Both the position numbers and the translations under genes were made by a program. Below the pieces are notes generated by a model, which saw only the letters and a program-made list of their open reading frames with translations, had not been told where the DNA came from and did not search any database. This document shows, piece by piece, positions 61,493-64,000 of a stretch of 64,000 bases of DNA (the stretch's first letter is position 1; each line of letters starts with the position of its first letter). This DNA comes from an uncultured Methanosarcinaceae archaeon (lineage in GTDB: Archaea; Halobacteriota; Methanosarcinia; Methanosarcinales; Methanosarcinaceae), in contig CAVSHT010000009.1 in NCBI GenBank assembly GCA_963727895.1, positions 1 to 64,000 on the forward strand. Reading direction: 5' to 3'.

Positions 61493-62326
61493 TCATATAT
61501 CCACTTTATTAAACCTCCACATAGCCGCAGATAACATTACAAGGGCAAAGAACATAAGGCCCAAGAAAGCCACAATTATATCTGCTGAAGTGTAGATATA
61601 GTGCATTCCCATCACAGAGAAATCAGTTCCCAAAGCAAAATAACGAATTCCACCTGCCAGAAGTGTCAGTGGGTTAAACATCGATAGAACTTTGAGGAAA
61701 GTTGGAAAGCCGTCAATGGGATAAAGAGCATTACTTACGAAGAAAATTGGCATGCTAACCAAGGTGAGAATAGACTGCATTCCTTCTGGATTTTCAACGG
61801 TAATTGCAATGGAACCAGACAGAAAGAGGAAACCAAGAGTGAAAATTGACACCAATAGCATGATTCCCACGAGAGCGATAAGGGTTTCAACAAGAGTATA
61901 TCCCACAAAGAAGTCCATTCCTACAAGTTTTCCAAATCCTATTATTATGAAAGTTTGAAAGAGAGCTTTAGTCACGGCTGAAAGCCCAACACCAAGAATG
62001 ATATGGGTTCTAGGAACTGGACTTGCTAGTGTTTCCCTTAAAAGACTGAACTTTTTGTCAAACATAAGAGTAGTGCCTCCAAACAAACTGCTGAACAGCA
62101 CATCCATTGCAATTATTCCTGCACCCATATAGGAAATGTACTTGACTACTGGAACACCTGGTTCGTTTGGAACAAATGATGTCAGTTTGTCAAAACTATG
62201 TGACATAGCAAGCCCAAAAAATGCCAGCCACATCACAGGCTGTATCATTGAAGTTATGAGTACTGATTTATATCTGAAGTATTTCAGCATCTCCCTCCAA
62301 TATATGGCACGAAATTCAAAGCTCAT
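61493..62326 (-). CDS. ABC-2 type permease (DrrB-like)
   Basis: IQPVMWL, ETLASPV.R, SNALYP, NPLT. Confidence 0.9.
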   Translation of the reverse strand: MSFEFRAIYWREMLKYFRYKSVLITSMIQPVMWLAFFGLAMSHSFDKLTSFVPNEPGVPVVKYISYMGAGIIAMDVLFSSLFGGTTLMFDKKFSLLRETLASPVPRTHIILGVGLSAVTKALFQTFIIIGFGKLVGMDFFVGYTLVETLIALVGIMLLVSIFTLGFLFLSGSIAITVENPEGMQSILTLVSMPIFFVSNALYPIDGFPTFLKVLSMFNPLTLLAGGIRYFALGTDFSVMGMHYIYTSADIIVAFLGLMFFALVMLSAAMWRFNKVDI

Positions 62327-63447
62327 TCAGAACCCCCCATTATTTCTATTCCTTTCTGCTTTTCATTTTCATGACCTTCCCTTAAATCATGACCTTCCCT
62401 TAAATCATGGCCTTCCCCTAAATCATGACCTTCCCCTAAATCATGACCTTCCCTTAAATCATGACCTGTGTAATGAACAAAAACATCATCCATTGAAGGT
62501 TTTTTAATATTCACAATTAGAATATCTATTCCCTCTCTCCGAATTAGTTCCATAATCTGAGGAAGTACATGAGTAACATCCTCCCCTATCATGATCCTCA
62601 GAGATTTCGTATCTTCTGTTACACTTTTAACTGATTCGAGTGACCTTAAGATCTCTGCAGCATTCTTATTATCATTTGTTTCTAAGTAAATAAGGTCTTT
62701 ACCAAGTTTATTCTTTAATTCATCTGAGGTTCCAGTTACGATAATTTTTCCATGGTCAATTATGCTTATTCTGTCGCTTAATTGATCTGCTTCTTCCATA
62801 TAGTGTGTTGTCAGAAATATAGTGGTACCCTCTCTCTTAATCTCTCTAAGATATTCCCACATTCTCATTCTTGTCTGGATATCAAAACCGATCGTAGGCT
62901 CATCAAGGAAAAGGACTGCAGGTTTTGTCATCAATCCTCTTGCAAGCTCAAGCCTTCTCTTCATACCACCGCTCAGATCTTTTCCCAAGGTATTTTTTTT
63001 ATTTACCAGATCAGTAAGTATTAAAAGTTCTTCGATGCGTTTACTTCTTTCTTTTTTCTTCATCGAATATATCCTTCCATGATATTCAAGATTTTCAGAT
63101 ACAGTCATTTCATGATCGAGACAAAGCATCTGGAAAACAATACCTATTGATCTTCTTACTGCGTTTGGTTCCTTTGCGACATCATAGCCATTAACCTTGG
63201 CTTCTCCTTTCTGGAGTTTTCGGAGTGTCGTGAGAATATTAATAACCGTACTTTTTCCCGCTCCATTTGGACCAAGAAATGAGAAAATCTCCCCCTGTTT
63301 TACAGTAAAACTTATATTGTCAACAGCTTTTACAGAACCATATGAATGTTCAAGATTACTTACCTCTATGACGTTTCCGGTCATTAGTAAATCAACCCCT
63401 TCCCCCTGACGTATTGGCTCACTTTTGTTATTTATATTAGACCCCAA
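62323..63447 (-). CDS. ABC exporter ATP-binding subunit (DrrA-like) with C-terminal GHDL(R/G)E repeats
   Basis: GPNGAGKST, LSGGMKRR, LDEPT, TTHYMEEA, PSMDDVF..TG; start uncertain. Confidence 0.92.
   Translation of the reverse strand: MGSNINNKSEPIRQGEGVDLLMTGNVIEVSNLEHSYGSVKAVDNISFTVKQGEIFSFLGPNGAGKSTVINILTTLRKLQKGEAKVNGYDVAKEPNAVRRSIGIVFQMLCLDHEMTVSENLEYHGRIYSMKKKERSKRIEELLILTDLVNKKNTLGKDLSGGMKRRLELARGLMTKPAVLFLDEPTIGFDIQTRMRMWEYLREIKREGTTIFLTTHYMEEADQLSDRISIIDHGKIIVTGTSDELKNKLGKDLIYLETNDNKNAAEILRSLESVKSVTEDTKSLRIMIGEDVTHVLPQIMELIRREGIDILIVNIKKPSMDDVFVHYTGHDLREGHDLGEGHDLGEGHDLREGHDLREGHENEKQKGIEIMGGSE
62369..62466. repeat. 18-bp in-frame tandem repeat x5.4
   Basis: TCATGACCTTCCC(T/C)TAAA units encoding GHDL(R/G)E. 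Confidence 0.92.
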
Positions 63448-63873
63448 TATTAGACTCCTATTTCAATTGGGTTATAAATTGAGTAAGTATTTATTGAAAC
63501 AATTGAGTTTGAATAAATATCTTAATAGTTTTACACAAGTAGTTATTCCTCAGATGGTTTATATAAATAGGAAATTAAGTTTCTAAACTAATCTCTGAAA
63601 AACTTTTGGGTTATAATAAAATAATTTTATAACAGTATACCAAGTAACAATTCAAGTATTTTTATATAAAATATCATCATTCCACAACTCTCCCTTGTTG
63701 TTTTTATGGATAAGTTATTTCATTTTTACATTGAAAAAATAAGATAAATAAAATATATGAAAGATATCTTTATATTATGGAACTTACTTCGGATTAAGAA
63801 TCAATTAAAACAAAATAAACTTATTAGAGAACAAACAAAATTCTATATTTAATCGAATTTAATATTACTTATA

Positions 63874-63929
63874 TTAAAGAATTAGATTTTGAATTACACA
63901 CTTAAAGAATTAGATTTTGAATTATACAT
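63874..63929. repeat. 28-bp tandem duplication
   Basis: TTAAAGAATTAGATTTTGAATTA(C/T)ACA(C/T) twice. Confidence 0.75.
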
Positions 63930-64000
63930 TTATTCGTCTACTTTGAGAATTAACATACTATTTTTTGTGTAAAAATCTTGTAGTTTAAAAATAGAAATAA

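Overview
AT-rich archaeal chromosome segment, almost certainly Methanosarcina (mtaA, ramA-type activase, methanogenesis marker 2, stand-alone nifB, DUF1699 paralogs, cydAB). Order: queC-DUF366-queE-queD, nifB, an unlisted 2x[4Fe-4S] ferredoxin, marker 2, IS1, housekeeping genes, tRNA-Thr(GGT). A decayed accessory island follows (about 8.9-15.7 kb), in which two inverted IS6 copies bracket a ~4 kb segment that is flipped relative to two split genes. Then come an aRF1 paralog with an in-frame UGA, a deaminase, perR/fur-(DpsL remnant)-cydAB, a stand-alone restriction specificity-like domain, a DHH phosphoesterase, mtaA-ramA-GTPase-hypF, a frameshifted P-type ATPase, an orphan receiver with an Msr-like regulator, a six-gene Hyf-like (Ehr) membrane complex, ABC exporters, a PAS/GAF sensor, nth, and a NikR-box-preceded nikMNQO-type ECF transporter. 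Most interesting: (1) the Ehr complex lacks the NiFe ligands and also all four canonical Fe-S cysteines of its small subunit; (2) the release-factor gene is interrupted by a stop codon; (3) an HExxH gene carries an (AGAAT)6 tract that creates an in-frame amber codon; (4) the IS6-bounded inversion. Several 1-bp homopolymer frameshifts could be sequencing errors. All family assignments come from motif recognition, not database searches.
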